Assembly (NCBI GenBank): GCA_000182565.2 | Contig: KQ257461.1 | Direction: 5' to 3' (one strand) | Origin: Spizellomyces punctatus DAOM BR117 | Taxonomy: Eukaryota | Length of the DNA stretch: 64,000 nt | In this document: in pieces, positions 39,666-52,570 of the stretch | Layout: each line of letters opens with the position of its first letter | Numbering within the stretch: position 1 is the stretch's first letter | Made by a program: the position numbers and the translations under genes | Notes under the pieces: model-generated | Told to the model about the DNA's origin: nothing | The model's input: the letters and a program-made list of their open reading frames with translations, nothing else | The model's database searches: none

Positions 39666-42025
39666 CTAATCGCATTGATATATGATACCCAGTCTATCGA
39701 TATGGTGCCCAGTATTGCCAAAGATTCCGACTATTCGACATCGAGCTGGTGGCTCCAAACGAAATGGGCCATTGCCGCCACTGCCACCCTGCCATCCCGA
39801 GCACATCTCTTCTCCATCGGCACCTAGAAATACCATCTCGCACCCGTCGACCCACCAGCCTGCTCTAACGATCAAATGTTTCAATATGGCTCTTTTGTTG
39901 AAGAGCATCTCTGACCTGTTCCTATCATGTCGCCCTATCCTTTCCCGTGAACCATCCGAGAACATGCAATCCAAGCCAGACAAATAGTGCTCACCACTGT
40001 AAAATACTATGGACGACAAATCATGGCCTTTGTTGAACCAAATTGTAAAATCATGATTCGTGCCGCCAGAATTACCATGTCCAACAGTTTGACTTTTGAA
40101 AACGGTCCCGAAGCCTTCAATATGAAGGGACGCATTTTGGCGGAAAGATTCCACATCGTCAATGCGAGCTGATTGCTGATTGGTGCTGGTAACTGAGAGT
40201 GAGATCTTCCTTTGGCTACTGCCGTTGAAGCTTTTCAATACGGCCTCGTCGCACGAAATGGCGTATTCAAAAGGCTCCACAAGGTCGCCATGAGTAAAAT
40301 CGCGCCAAGAAACTACACCCAGTCCCTCTACTTCCCACTCCACTAGAATGATACCAGTGGGCGATCGAGCAATAATGTGGTTATTAATCGGGTAGAAGCA
40401 TGGACCACCCAATTCTCTTTGAACCGAGGTATCGTCGTTCAGATGCCGAAAACATGGATGGTAGCGAAGTCGAACGGTATCGATTCGATGCCAATGAGAA
40501 CCATCTTCAAGATCAACTGTTATCGGACGCACCTGTCCTCTCGCTGTGTTTTCCACTGGCATAAACGTCCTAGGCACATGGGTCAATTCCAACGCATAGA
40601 TACAGGGAGTGCTAGTATGTTACCTATTGAAATGATTGAATCCTCTCCGCATCAATCCTGGTGGCAAAGCCAATGAGCGCTTATAATCACGACTGTCCAG
40701 CGCAGGGGTTCATGCATGACCTACCACTGGGGGAGTGAATGAGCCCAAAAGCGTGGCCAACCTCGTGCAAGAAAGCGCCGGATCCGATGCAGAAAGATTT
40801 ATAAGCGACGTCCGTCTCTCCATTGTCATTCGCAGTACGTCTAATGTCATTGGGAGTTACGTCTAACAAGCACCGATCGATATCTTCCAGAGATGATGGC
40901 CATGCGTGAATGAGATGCGACCTATCAAATCCGGTTAAATACTTCAGTTTCGGGTGCCATCTGAGCTAAATCAAGTTGTGGGGTTCTCACCCAAATATAC
41001 CAAGCCGCATATGTCCTTGCCCTCCACCTAGGGCCGCGTGTCCCAAAATTGCACGGCGATCAGGATCCCAAGTGGAGTCTAAAATTAATCCAGCAACATA
41101 GCACTGTTGGTCGAACGGTGGCCCTGTCAGAGCATCAACAAAGATAGAAAACAAATTTCTACGGGTCGACGCTGAGGTATCTTCATGAGGTTGGGTTTGG
41201 GGTGCTTCACCAGGAGCCTGAGTAGGTGTCGGCACTACGTTGTCTGCAGTTTGAGTTGCTTTTTGTTGTGCGAGCTCAATATCTCGAAGCTCCGCAACGC
41301 TAAGATCGGTTCGGACGACATGTACCCTGTTGCACCTGTCAGAGAATATTCCTGACCCATATGGTTAGAAATATCTGACCTGGCTGTCGTGCGTAATGTC
41401 TCGTTGTCCTTGTTGGACAGCGTATCTGATGATCAAGTTAACAACTGACAGCCTGCTTCAATGACATGCTCTCACATCACACACCAGGCAGCCAGGTCTC
41501 ATCCAATCGGAAGGTGCGCCGTCCAAAGCCGTGTCGCCACATCTGCTCCGCAGTGAAGGCTTGCCACATGTCTTGTGTGCCAGCTTAGAATATTATAGGC
41601 AAGCATAAATAGCAACTAGATGGTCACTCACATGCAGCCAATCTGAATTTCCTGATCACGTCATATTCAAAGGGTAACCTTTCTCCTCCATCTGGGATGT
41701 CGAAAACCATAGGACTATCTTTGGCAACCAGAACCGCGAGCACGAGGGGTGGATTTTGAAGCAGAGGTATATATACTACATCGATTTCTGTTTTTCCACC
41801 TAAGGAATGCTCAAGAACCAATCTGTTCTTGCCAGGATCCAACGGCACTAAAGCTTTCCAGTGAGAGTCGGTGCATCGAAAGCTTTGCGCAGGATATGTG
41901 GTAGAAATATTTCGCACATTTAAAGATGAGTCGCCCAGGCCAACTCCGGCAGTGCCGTAGATTAAGAGTAATCGCTGATGAACCGTTTCATTGGGAAGAA
42001 GGTTCGTAATGGAGGGTGCTGGCAT
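39666..42025 (-). CDS. Putative zinc metallopeptidase with C-terminal jacalin-like domain (yeast YIL108W-like), multi-exon
   Basis: ETVHQRLLLIYG, WKALVPLDPGKN, YIPLLQNPPL, GHAALGGG..RLGIFG, GAFLHEVGHAFG (HExxH), VRAGWWVDG and terminal LGIIY jacalin strands. Confidence 0.88.
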
Positions 42026-43151
42026 CACGAGCAGGTTTTGACATCTATATATCGAATGGTATCTGGCGCGTTGCGTGTGCGTAGACTTGCTATTACCTAA
42101 TACAAGTCATGTGATCGTCTGGATTAGAACCAGAGGTGTTAATACGCCTTTATCATGACCTCTAGCTTGTCAGAATGTGAAGGAAGCTCCAGGACGTGTT
42201 GGGTTTACTCTTGGTTGTTTGTGACCACGCTTATTCTTGTTATCGGCCGGATCTTGCATTCCTGGGGAGGTGCAAAAGTGGACCCACATTGGTGCTGCAC
42301 GGGAGATATCTAAGGTCATTTGTTCATCAGCATCATAACCAAACACCCAGCTGAACAATTCCCACATGTTACAGCGGTTCTATCACAGCACGTCCCCTAT
42401 TCATTTAGCATTTGCACGAACCATAATGAAAGGGCAGCACTTCTAGCCGCTTTTTCTGATTTCATTTCAGAGTTTCTATGGAAGGATAGCATATTACACT
42501 GTAGAATCCATGCAATCTTTGATGGCATGACGATTTGTATTTGCGTCCTTGCACGTGGGAAGCAGCGAACTGAGTTTCGCTTAGCTACAAAAACTGCCAA
42601 TAAACAGAAAGCTGGTCCGGGCAAGCGGCGCTTCACAAGGCCTCCAATGCATAGGAATCTTCCGCGGTCACCCGAAGGTGGAGAGCGGTAAACTCGTGGT
42701 TACATCTGAGCTGAACCATGGCTACAGACGCAACGTTGTCTCAAAAGATGATTACAGAGCTTGCAGCTATCTGGGTTATTGCAAGCCTATTTTTAATATA
42801 TACGTCACTTTCTGTATTTGGTCACAAAGATATTACTGTTCGCATTGGCCTAGGCGGCTAGTTGGATGGAAAGATCTCGTCAAGTGCTCAGCGCACTAGT
42901 TGTGCCAACATTTATCTCAAGCGCTTGCGAATAGCTGTTGCGCACCACTATCTCCGGCAGATTGACTTTTGCATATTTTGTGCACTACTTGTGAATGCCA
43001 CATATCGTTGCCTGGTCGAGCCTTTGAGTGATCGCCGCTTTTGTAACATATCCACGTGAGTCGGAACTTGCTGAATAAGCCAAATCGCCATCTCGCGGTC
43101 CTTTCCTGAAGAGTTGACTCCAAGTCGTTCACGACCACTGTTGCGTTAATC

Positions 43152-44218
43152 ATGCTCTCGCGCACCCCAACTGGACGCTTGGATAAATCATCCCTAGATC
43201 TTAAAATCGGATCGGAGACAGCGAGACCATCTAATGTAAGCGCTTAAAATGACGTACTTATAACGTTACCATGTATCAATAATACCACATTGTACACCAG
43301 TCCAAATCGTCGTCAACACGATCATCTACCACCTCTCTCGCTGGAAAGACTAAAGAATCAGTTTCACCCGTGAAACAGAAACCATCGTATAGGCTCAACC
43401 CTGCGGTGGTTAAGCCGCTAGGAAACAAGAAACATGTGACGTGAGTAGAATGATACGAGCGGGCAATTGTGACCATTGAGAGCTAATACTATCTAGTTTT
43501 CCTGGTTGTTTGACAGATCATTCAGTGCATTATATGCTAAAGGAGAGATTCCATGGTTAGCATTACTTCCATATCTTGAAAAAATGCTCCAAATTCACAA
43601 GTATTTCTTCTGCTTGTCTAGTCGATTAAATCACGGCTCAGTAAAGCACAAAGTACACTTGTATATTGAGTTTCAAAGTAAAAATCCGGCCCACTCATGT
43701 ATTTTGGAAAGATAACTTGGTCTAGGTCCCCTGAAAATCTAGACTACAATCCTGTCTTCATCACCTTCTGCGATGGTCTGCGGGAGACACAGCATCCGTA
43801 CGTGTTTCTGGTGCGAACCGGACTGCGAGAAATGCTTGAGGCTCCTGGAGCTGCAGAGAAGGTGTGTCCCATTGTTTCGGCCATTGTTGCACCCCTACGG
43901 GCCGCGCTTGGCGTTCGCGAAAAGGTAAGACATAGCCAACCTCATCCCAAGTACCGGGTTACGGAGATTACAAACAACGTCATCTAGGATACATTTCTGG
44001 CGGCATTGGACACGCTGACCCGAATAGCGAACGTGGCCGGACCTGTACTTGTTCCATATCTTCCAAGCCTTGTTCCCCCCGTGGCTGCGAGGGTCCTTTC
44101 TGCAGATATGCGAGAAGCGGTCTACGACACTCTAAGGGCGTGTGAGGTAGCTGGCGGTGAGCAGGCGCTAAAAACAATCAAGAATCTTTGCCCTACATAC
44201 AGGTCAATATTCGTATGA
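43152..44218 (+). CDS. PACRGL: PACRG-like protein (ParcG family), about 6 exons
   Basis: Spliced F.ALYAKGEIPC|RLNHGSVKHK|ITW...LDYNP..TFCDGLRETQHPY, PLRAAL, E..GG..AL..IK...PTY. Confidence 0.85.
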
Positions 44219-44324
44219 CCTCTCGTCACAGAGAAAAGTACAGTGCTTTATGACAATATAGTATGATTCAAATAGTCTATGGACGCATCTATAAGTCTAG
44301 TAGGCAATCAACCGGGTGCTCTTT

Positions 44325-46090
44325 TTATACACATGTTGCTTTTTCAGCGACAACAACCATATTTCTAGGAGATTCTGCATAGTCAAACAGGTTATTCAAC
44401 CATACCCTCCCTTTGCCTTCGTGTTTGTCCTGGTCCAAAGGAATACCCAAGCCTTCTTTGAGGTACATCATTCGATCTAATAGCACCAGGCTTTCCACGC
44501 ATGGGCCAAAGAAGCTCCTCATGACACACATGAAAGCGATTCTCCGCATCATTTTTTCTCTATCCACTTCGACTTTTCCAATTGCATCTATCAAGGATCC
44601 TCTTCGTTCGTCGGAAGTGCATAATCCCAGTTTTGTACATGCAGCAACACAATAAGACCGGAAATCCGTGGACGCGGCTTTTGGAAGTCCACCAACACGG
44701 TGTTGGCCTGGGGGTAATGTGTGCGCCGGCTCCCATGAGCGAAGAAGAAGCTCAAAAAGACTCCGGTGGTAGTGTCCTCGAAGCGCGGAGAGGATAGTCG
44801 AAGGATTGTCAAAGGAAGCGAAGGTGAGGCAGGCAGTGGTGAGGGAGCGATATGTCAGGGAAAATGAAGGGTGGTGGACTTGGATAAGGCTACGGACGTT
44901 ATTACTTAACGGAAATCCGACTAAAGGAACATGTGGTCAGTATTTCAAACCGGCGCATTCCTATACTCGCCAATGCCCGACATACGTTGACTCTCATCAT
45001 CCTCACGGTCTACACATATTCGATGATAACAGCATCCAACAACAACGATACCCTTCACGCCTTCGCACTCCAAGAATGTCCTCAGCATGGTTAACCCGGA
45101 TAGATCTCCACAACTATGCAAACCAACCAGCACATATCGATGTGCTTCTAGAATTTCGGGCAAGGTTTGTGGGTCTAATCGTGCAGTCACGTAAATCACT
45201 GGATTTTCTTTCTGGTGTTCTGCTATTATACGGGTGGGATGGCGGTGGTGGTTGGATAGTACGATGCGTGTACCCCGATCCTTAGATCCACATGTGCGAG
45301 CATCATCGCAATCTATTGCATAGATTCGTCGAGATGGATTTTGGTGTGCCAAAAGATGAGTGAGATAGCCCTAATGCAATATTATGGGTTGATTTATCAA
45401 CTGGGCATAGAGACGTGAACAGGCGGCAAAATCCTACATGGCCCGCTCCTACATCGATGATGGACTGCAATGGCGATCAGAGATTTACTTTGTTTCGAGA
45501 TTGCGAAAAAACACTCGCCGTACATCAGCATTTTGTCTTTCTGCTACCCGAAAAATAACTCTTGACAGTCGATCTACTTCATGGAGCTTTTTGCGAGACA
45601 TGGCAGCCAATCTACATGCTTCGTCCTGATGTAAATGTGCAGATACAGAATTCAACGGCCGCTATATCCCCATTGAAATGTGCAAACAAACAAACTCACG
45701 TCGTACACCACATCTTCCTCTGGTAATATTCCTATCTCCTCGTCCCGCTCCACTCGTCGTCCTAAAGCCAACGTCCGTGCAATGCACATAACTGCCTTTA
45801 ATGATTCGGGCCACATCTCCTACTTGTAAGCAACTAAGCCAAGGTTCCGAGAATGGTGACTTGTAGCTTTCAAGCAGTTGAACTGGTACCGGAATTTGCC
45901 CCCCTGTCGCAACATGCAAAAGATGTTCCATAAAGTCACCACTTGCCGCATCGACGAATTCACGCCATTCGGGGTCGACTTGCTCCCATAAGTTGTCACA
46001 AAAAAAGTCAAACAGATGGAAGCCATCAATCCACCACCGGTGCTGCGAGAGAAAGGAGACAAGTGTGTGGAGATCTGTGCTCGTCCCCAT
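44325..46090 (-). CDS. METTL25/RRNAD1-like SAM-dependent methyltransferase, multi-exon
   Basis: DFFCDNLWE, MSRKKLHEV, IVDVGAG..GYL, VGLHSCGDLS, VGCCYH, VESLVLLDRMMYL, SPRN. Confidence 0.85.
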
Positions 46091-47029
46091 TGTTCACTCG
46101 TTGACAACCCAATCCAGCTGTCGTAAAGGGATTTTTCGCTCTCTCTCCTGACTGGCTGAAACCGGATGTAATGCCCTGCTGGCAACACTCTTGGACGAGG
46201 AACAGGTCAGAAAAACGCTTTGTACAGCGACGCGACAGGCTGTTAACCAGAACCCAGCATTAAAAATGCAGGCCTTCTGGTCTGAAAAACAAACTTGACG
46301 ATGAAATGAGATGGTACATCAAAGAGTGAGGATGGTGAGGATTGTGCAAGATTATGAAGAGATGAGGATGATTGAATTTTATTGTCGTATCGTGACCCAC
46401 ACAACTTGCTCTCCAAGAGAGCCTGAGTAGACCTTGCAAGAGTTGAGTCGTCTTGCAAAAAAAAAGGCCAGTGATTTACACTATCTGACTTGCAAGTTTC
46501 ATGCCGCAGAAACTTTTGCAGAGACTAAATGCCTGACAAACAGAGTGCTTGGCTTGTTATCGCCGGCAGCGTCTCTTCAACATGTTTTATCTGCAGATAT
46601 TTCAGATTCCATCACAGTCTATTCATGCCGGTGAAGCGTTGCTGTGCTGTCGAGGTGGAAATAAGTCATACAGCTTCGTCGCCGTTTGCAAAGCACGAAA
46701 AGTATCGAGTGAGGCAGTTCGTACAGGCGACCAGCCCATGAGCCCCATAAGGGGAGAAGGAGCTTTCACCTAGATGTTCTACCCTTGCGCAAATGACAGC
46801 CACAACAAGGGCAGATGGTCTTTCTGAACAACTCCTTCCCCCTTCCTCTGTACCATCCATCACCCCCCTTCAAGGAGATCCATGCCAGTCCTTCCAAGCA
46901 GAACGAACCTCAAGCTGCCCCTTCTATTACACGTGCCAACCGCGGAACGCGCTCCGTCAGCAAGCGCCATGGAAAACGCGCAGTAAACGCGCAGCATCCT
47001 CGGTCTATAGAAGGGCTCTCTTTCCCCAT

Positions 47030-47048
47030 CCCCCCCCCCCCCCCCCCC
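47030..47048. repeat. Poly-C homopolymer (~19 nt)
   Basis: Directly visible C run. Confidence 0.9.
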
Positions 47049-47261
47049 AATATCTAGTGTTATGGCTGATGGGCACTACGCTACGAATTCTTCCATCAAC
47101 ATGAACCCATCGTTTCATCCGGGAGATTGAGAAGACATGGCGGACGCGTGTGCCATTTCCACCTTCCCCAATTGCAAGCGGCACACCATTTCGAACCTGA
47201 CAGTCTGAAAACTTGAGCCCCGCGCCTATGTCTACTGCCGTCGGTTTCGCTCTCTCCCCTC

Positions 47262-47404
47262 AATCGCTGGAAGGGCGTTACGCTTCATCGTAGAAGCCCA
47301 CTGTCAGCCGCTCACTCAACAAGAATGCTAAGGACTTTACTCCCGCTTCTTAATCGCTAGACGGGCCCTACGTTTCATCGTGGCAGGCCACTGCCAGCCG
47401 CTCA
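47262..47404. repeat. Pair of degenerate ~53-bp direct repeats
   Basis: AATCGCTGGAAGGGCGTTACGCTTCATCGTAGAAGCCCACTGTCAGCCGCTCA versus AATCGCTAGACGGGCCCTACGTTTCATCGTGGCAGGCCACTGCCAGCCGCTCA. Confidence 0.75.
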
Positions 47405-48271
47405 AACGTGCGCGGAAAAGTGAGCAACCCACCCCAGGAAGAGCCCTTCAAGACTATCCTCCCTCGCTCCGTCATAGCGTCCCGCTTTACTAATCGTTGA
47501 GGACGTTATAACACTCAAGGACATCTTCACCGAAACGGCCGCCAACAGCAACCTATTGCGCAAACATCCAGCTACTTACTCCGCCCTTCACTGGGGCTGT
47601 GGTTCAGGTCTCGCACGATCTCGGAATCGACAGCCGATCATATGTCACTGGATAGGCCCTTATGAAGAAACGACAAGCCTTTCGCTACGACTTTCTTGGG
47701 ATCTCAGCGCACAACTCTCAAGCGGCGTCTCAAAGTATCTGTAAAGTCGATAACAAGGCGTGCCACCTAAACTCCGCGATTGGCCCAACGAAGATCTTGG
47801 CAAGCGCGCATCCCGCTGTCCACGCTTCAAAGCTCTTTCTTAACGTTATCATTGTGGAAGTCCATTTCCATTGATGAGTGAATGGACAGCATGAGGCTTC
47901 AAGCTGATACGCAGTCGAACTCGTCGATTCAAGAGCTGGAACAGACTTTCACTGAATGCCCTCGCCGGATTTATCGAAGCACTCGTATTCTCGTGTTCTC
48001 ATACGGGAACTGCTGGGCTGTCGCGGATGCTCACAAGCGGTTGGATTTCAAGGCAACTGGATAAACAACTGATTCTGGTTAGCTCCGACATCCCTATATT
48101 CCGTATACACCTTCATAACGATTGCAAGAGTCGTCGGTCAATCTCTGGAGCACTGGACGCGAGAGTCTTCAATGATCGGTGAAGCCACCACTAGTGGAGT
48201 TAGCCAGACCTTGCGATAAGTCAGCAGAGATGGTCATTTGGACAAACAAAGGATGTCGGGAACTACGCACT

Positions 48272-49041
48272 GGCACCAAAGCGGAGATGAAATACGTGAG
48301 AAGCAGGTAAGTTCCTAAGTCGAGAAACAGTCGTAGAAAGCGTCGCTGTTTCCTATTGGAGCATGTCAACGCTTAACGAGCACCAAAGCGGACATTACAT
48401 AAGAGGAGAAGTAGGTAAATCCCTTCATCAAAGAACAGTCGTAGACTCCGCTGTCTCCTGTTGGATTCAATCAACGCGTAACAAAAAGCGGACACAAAGA
48501 TGCGGAATGACGAGGAGAAGTAGGTGAGTTGCTTGATCAAGAAACAGTCGTAAATGGCTTGTAGGAATCGACCAACGCCCAACGAGCACCAAAGCGAGAG
48601 AAGTATGGGAATGACAAAGAGAAGCAGACAAGTCCCCTACTTCAAGGAACAGTCGTAGACTCCGCTGTCTCCTGTTGGAATACTTCAACGCGTGATGAGA
48701 CCCAAAGTGGACAGAAATATACGCGAAATGACGAGGAGACGTTGGTGAGTTGCTTGATCAGGAACAGTCATAGACGGCTCCGCTGTCTCCTGTTGGAATA
48801 CATCAACGCCCAACGAGCACCAAGACGACATTACTAGGACATTACGAATGACGAGGAGATGTAGGCAAGTCCCCTTCACCATAAGACAGACGTAGAAGGC
48901 TCCGCCGTCTCTGGAATAACTCAACGGCTAGCGAGCACCAAAGTGGACATTAAATATGCGAATACGAGGAGAAGCAGGCAAGTTTCCTTGATCGAAAAAC
49001 AGTCGTAGACCGCAGTCTCCTGTTGGAATCAATCAATCGAC
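48272..49041. repeat. Degenerate tandem array, about 7 units of ~103-118 bp
   Basis: Recurring GAGCACCAAAGCGGACA...GACGAGGAGAAG(T/C)AGG...AACAGTCGTAGA..CCGCTGTCTCCTGTTGGAAT..TCAACG; units start near 48272, 48378, 48481, 48584, 48697, 48815, 48933. Confidence 0.88.
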
Positions 49042-49777
49042 GAGTCACATTCGACGATGGGATGATTTCATGCATCCCGGAGTGAACCAGTAAGTTCCTA
49101 CATCGGAAAATACTCGCAGAAGGTTCTGAGGCGTTTTGGCGCATGGAAGATTGCGCTTCTGCCTTCCTGAATGCCATAATGACTCAAGATCCCGTCGAAA
49201 TGGTTCAGGTAGTGATGCAAATGGCTTTGGCGTAGTCGCGAGCCCGTCGGCGGACCCGAGCCATTTCCCTCGGGCTTAGCTCCAGATCCGACGGCATCGG
49301 ACTTCAGCTTGGCTGGAATCCCTGGAGCCGTGAGCCGAACTGAAGCCGATGGTCATGTGAGCCGAGCCATTTGCATCACTAGGTCAGAACACTCTTTTTG
49401 ATTGCTTGTCACGGCCATCGCTTTGGAGTCCTGCCGATTCATACACATGGCAGGACCGTTGGTTCTGATGGCGATAACCTTATAACAAAGAAGTACGCAT
49501 TTAACTGGATGACAGACCTTCTGTTTGGAATGGGCCACATTTCTGTGTGCTTGTACGATTTCCACGACGCATCCGTGCACAGCAAGCTGTTAAGTTGCTA
49601 CACAGTGGAAGGCGTTTTTTGGGTCGTGCGACATATCCTGGCTCGTTCCTAAATCCAGGAACATGTGCATGCAAATCTTTCGCAGACTATTTAGAACGTT
49701 ATCAAGGCCTCATTACCAACGTTTGCCATTTGAATGAATGGCGAAGAGACCCTGTGTCAGTCAGACCCAGCGCGTGA

Positions 49778-49950
49778 TACCACACCTACACCGTTAACCA
49801 ATGGTCACCCTTTTATGGCACACTGCAACTGAGAGGGAACCACGGGCTTAGCGTGACTGGAAAGATGTGTGCAGTGACTGCCCTTAATTGAGGGAATGCA
49901 ATGTAACCGACATACAAGGGTGACCATTGGTTAACGGTGTAGGTGTGGTA
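49778..49950. mobile_element. MITE-like non-autonomous element with ~40-bp terminal inverted repeats and TA at both ends
   Basis: 49778-49817 TACCACACCTACACCGTTAACCAATGGTCACCCTTTTATG is the reverse complement of 49911-49950 with one mismatch; no coding capacity. Confidence 0.7.
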
Positions 49951-51219
49951 GTGCGGATCATACAAGCTCCGTCTAGCCACCAGAAAGTGGAACCGCCGTA
50001 AACCTCATACCTTGCATTCAATAGGAAATGGCATGCCCTTGATAGAAAACTATGGCAGGTTAATGGTATGGGTAAAAGGGAGAGGTCGCTACTTACCAAA
50101 GCCTCTGCAAAGATAAAATGCACAACGTCGTATCCAATGATTTCCCCGGACATTTGGCCAGCCCAGCAGTAGCGGCAAAGGTATTCCTGCTGTTTACTAT
50201 CGTGAAAAGCCGCTGATGACGCACCTTTATCATACGTTGGCACCTTGCGCAGCTCCAGCCAGACCCAACCGAGAGGTGCGATGCCCTAAATACAGCGTAG
50301 CATGATACCTGTGCGTACGTTATAGAGTAGATTAACCTTTCGCCGAGTACCTGCGGAAAACATTTTCGCAATCATTTTCACGATTCATCTCTTCTCGCTG
50401 GTCAATTCACGCAATTGTGCAATCTCTGTTATCGCTTGTTATCGCTCATGACCGAGGATGCTAGAGAGCCGTCCAATATTGGTATGGGATCTCCAAAGGA
50501 GGCAGGGAGTTGAGCGAGAACACTGGGGAATCGCCCAAATCCCCCTTCTTTTAAAGACATGGACGAGCGCGTGTGCTGCAGAGAGGTGCGGCAAGCGCGC
50601 CGAATGGAATTCTACGCGTCACGACGTGTTCGAACGTGCGCGGTCTGATGACAGAATGCCAACCCCTGCCATTCATTAACATTGCACTTGCCTACCATTA
50701 ACCCCCCTTGCTGCCCCTACCAGCGTTGTGCTTCCTGCGGCCCATCCTCCTACTTGTGGCTGACACTGGAAGGAGTAGCAGGGGCTTACTGGAGGAATCT
50801 CCGATGAATGGATTCCTTCAATTGGTCGCCAAATCAGTTGGTTTATAAGGGCTATAGTGCTGCTTTAAGACATTTTTAATGGGCAGGTTTGGGCTGTATA
50901 GATGAGAAAAGTCTGATACTTGGCTGCTGATGGCTGCCGTGCATGTGCCATGCTATGCTTTCCAACACTGAGAGTGTCATTCAGCTCAGTAGCGCAAGTA
51001 CCGAGCTGCCTTTGCAGCAGGCACGGAAATCACATATCATGGGGGGCACATTTCTTAATGTAAAAGATCTAAGATGTCAGAGTCATTTTCTGAATACGGT
51101 CTGCTAAAGGAGAGTGCGAGTAGTGATGAGGGCGACCCGCTACTGCCCACTTGGCATAAAGCAATGTTATGTGTCATAATGTGGAATATTTAAAAGTCAT
51201 CAAAAGTCCAGTCGCTCCT

Positions 51220-52238
51220 TTAGCTGTTCCTTTTCCCGAAATCGCTCAGCTCGTTCAAGCGATTCGTCTTCAACCACTGCTTCAACGCAGAGGGTCTATC
51301 CGAACAGATACCATTTGCCCCAAACTTTTTCACAGCCTCCCATCCTTCAACTGTATTCACTCCCCCACCTGGCATCCCAAACACAATGATTGGCACGTTA
51401 CGGCGATTGAGGGCTCTAGCAAACCCAGGCCACATTACCCATTTGAAATTGGGCATGATCATAGCGCTTTCGTTGATCTGCATAAAAGGCAGGAGGCCAA
51501 AGCACCAGAGCACAAAGGATTTTGCCATCCGGCGTGCAGTGAAGAAATAAGGAATATCTGGGAAACGCGTTCGGCACCATCCGTTTTGCGGTTCGTGGAA
51601 ACTTCCCCATACTGTTTGCTTTTCCCGATTATACGCTCTCACCATTGCCCCGACTTTATCAATGAGTTCGCTTGGACCTTGCTTTACGTCAATTTGCATA
51701 GGGTAGGTTGGAAATTCAGCAAGGAGCTCCTTGAGGAGCGGAATTCGTTTTGAATCGGGGTCGTCAGTTACAGCGGGGTTGTTTTGCAAGTTGGCGGGAA
51801 TCAACAACGGAGGAAGATCTGCGTAATTACTTCGAAACATCTTAATGAAATTCCAGCATCAGATGGTGAGATTGATACTCACTAATCTCCAATACTCCCT
51901 GGCAGTCCGCAGAGCCGTGTCATGTCTCTATCATGGAAAACCACAACTATCAAGCCATAAGGACAAGGCCAAATTTAGTTGAACAATGTGCAGGTTCGAC
52001 TACCATACCTTGCCCATCCTTTGTCAAATAGCAGTCTAATTCTAGCAAGTCCACCTTCAGCTCTTTGGCAGAGTATCTAAAACCTGATTTGCGAGCATAC
52101 GTCAAATTCTGCGACATGTCCACCATCTTTTACGATGAGAAAAACACTTACCCACTCACCGGGTAGCGTATTTTCGACCCTTTCCAAGCTGCCGCCCCTG
52201 TGGGACATGAGGGCATACCGAAATGCGAGACCAGGCAT
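51220..52238 (-). CDS. Glycerophosphodiester phosphodiesterase (GDPD1/GDPD3 lysophospholipase D-like), 4 exons; start could be 52283
   Basis: SHRGGSLERVENTL, LLELDCYLTKDGQ, VVFHD, RIPLLKELL, MQIDVK, TVWGSF, GANGICSDRP. Confidence 0.9.
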
Positions 52239-52570
52239 GGCTCTAGCGATAGTGCGAGTTTGGAAATGTTGGAGGGAAGACATGCAACTTCCGTCAAAAA
52301 GAGATGCACGGACCGTGGTCAGCAAAGCATTAGTCACACCGATTAGGTAATATATAACCCCCTTGCACCCCAAGATTCCCCTCAACTGAGGATTATTATC
52401 GCTTTCCGTGGTAATTCACGTTGGGCAACTTCACGCGCGCAAGTTAGCGCCGCATCGCACCCATCTTGGACGTAGCATACAAAAACATTGTTCATACAGG
52501 GTCGACAAGCGACATTGCCTTGAATTTTACAAACCCCAGCCCATCTAACAAAAGGTATGATGTCAAATGT

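Noticed and set aside
48272-49041. Tandem array as a CRISPR array
   Set aside because: Eukaryotic context, no cas genes, and whole units are homologous rather than identical repeats separated by unique spacers
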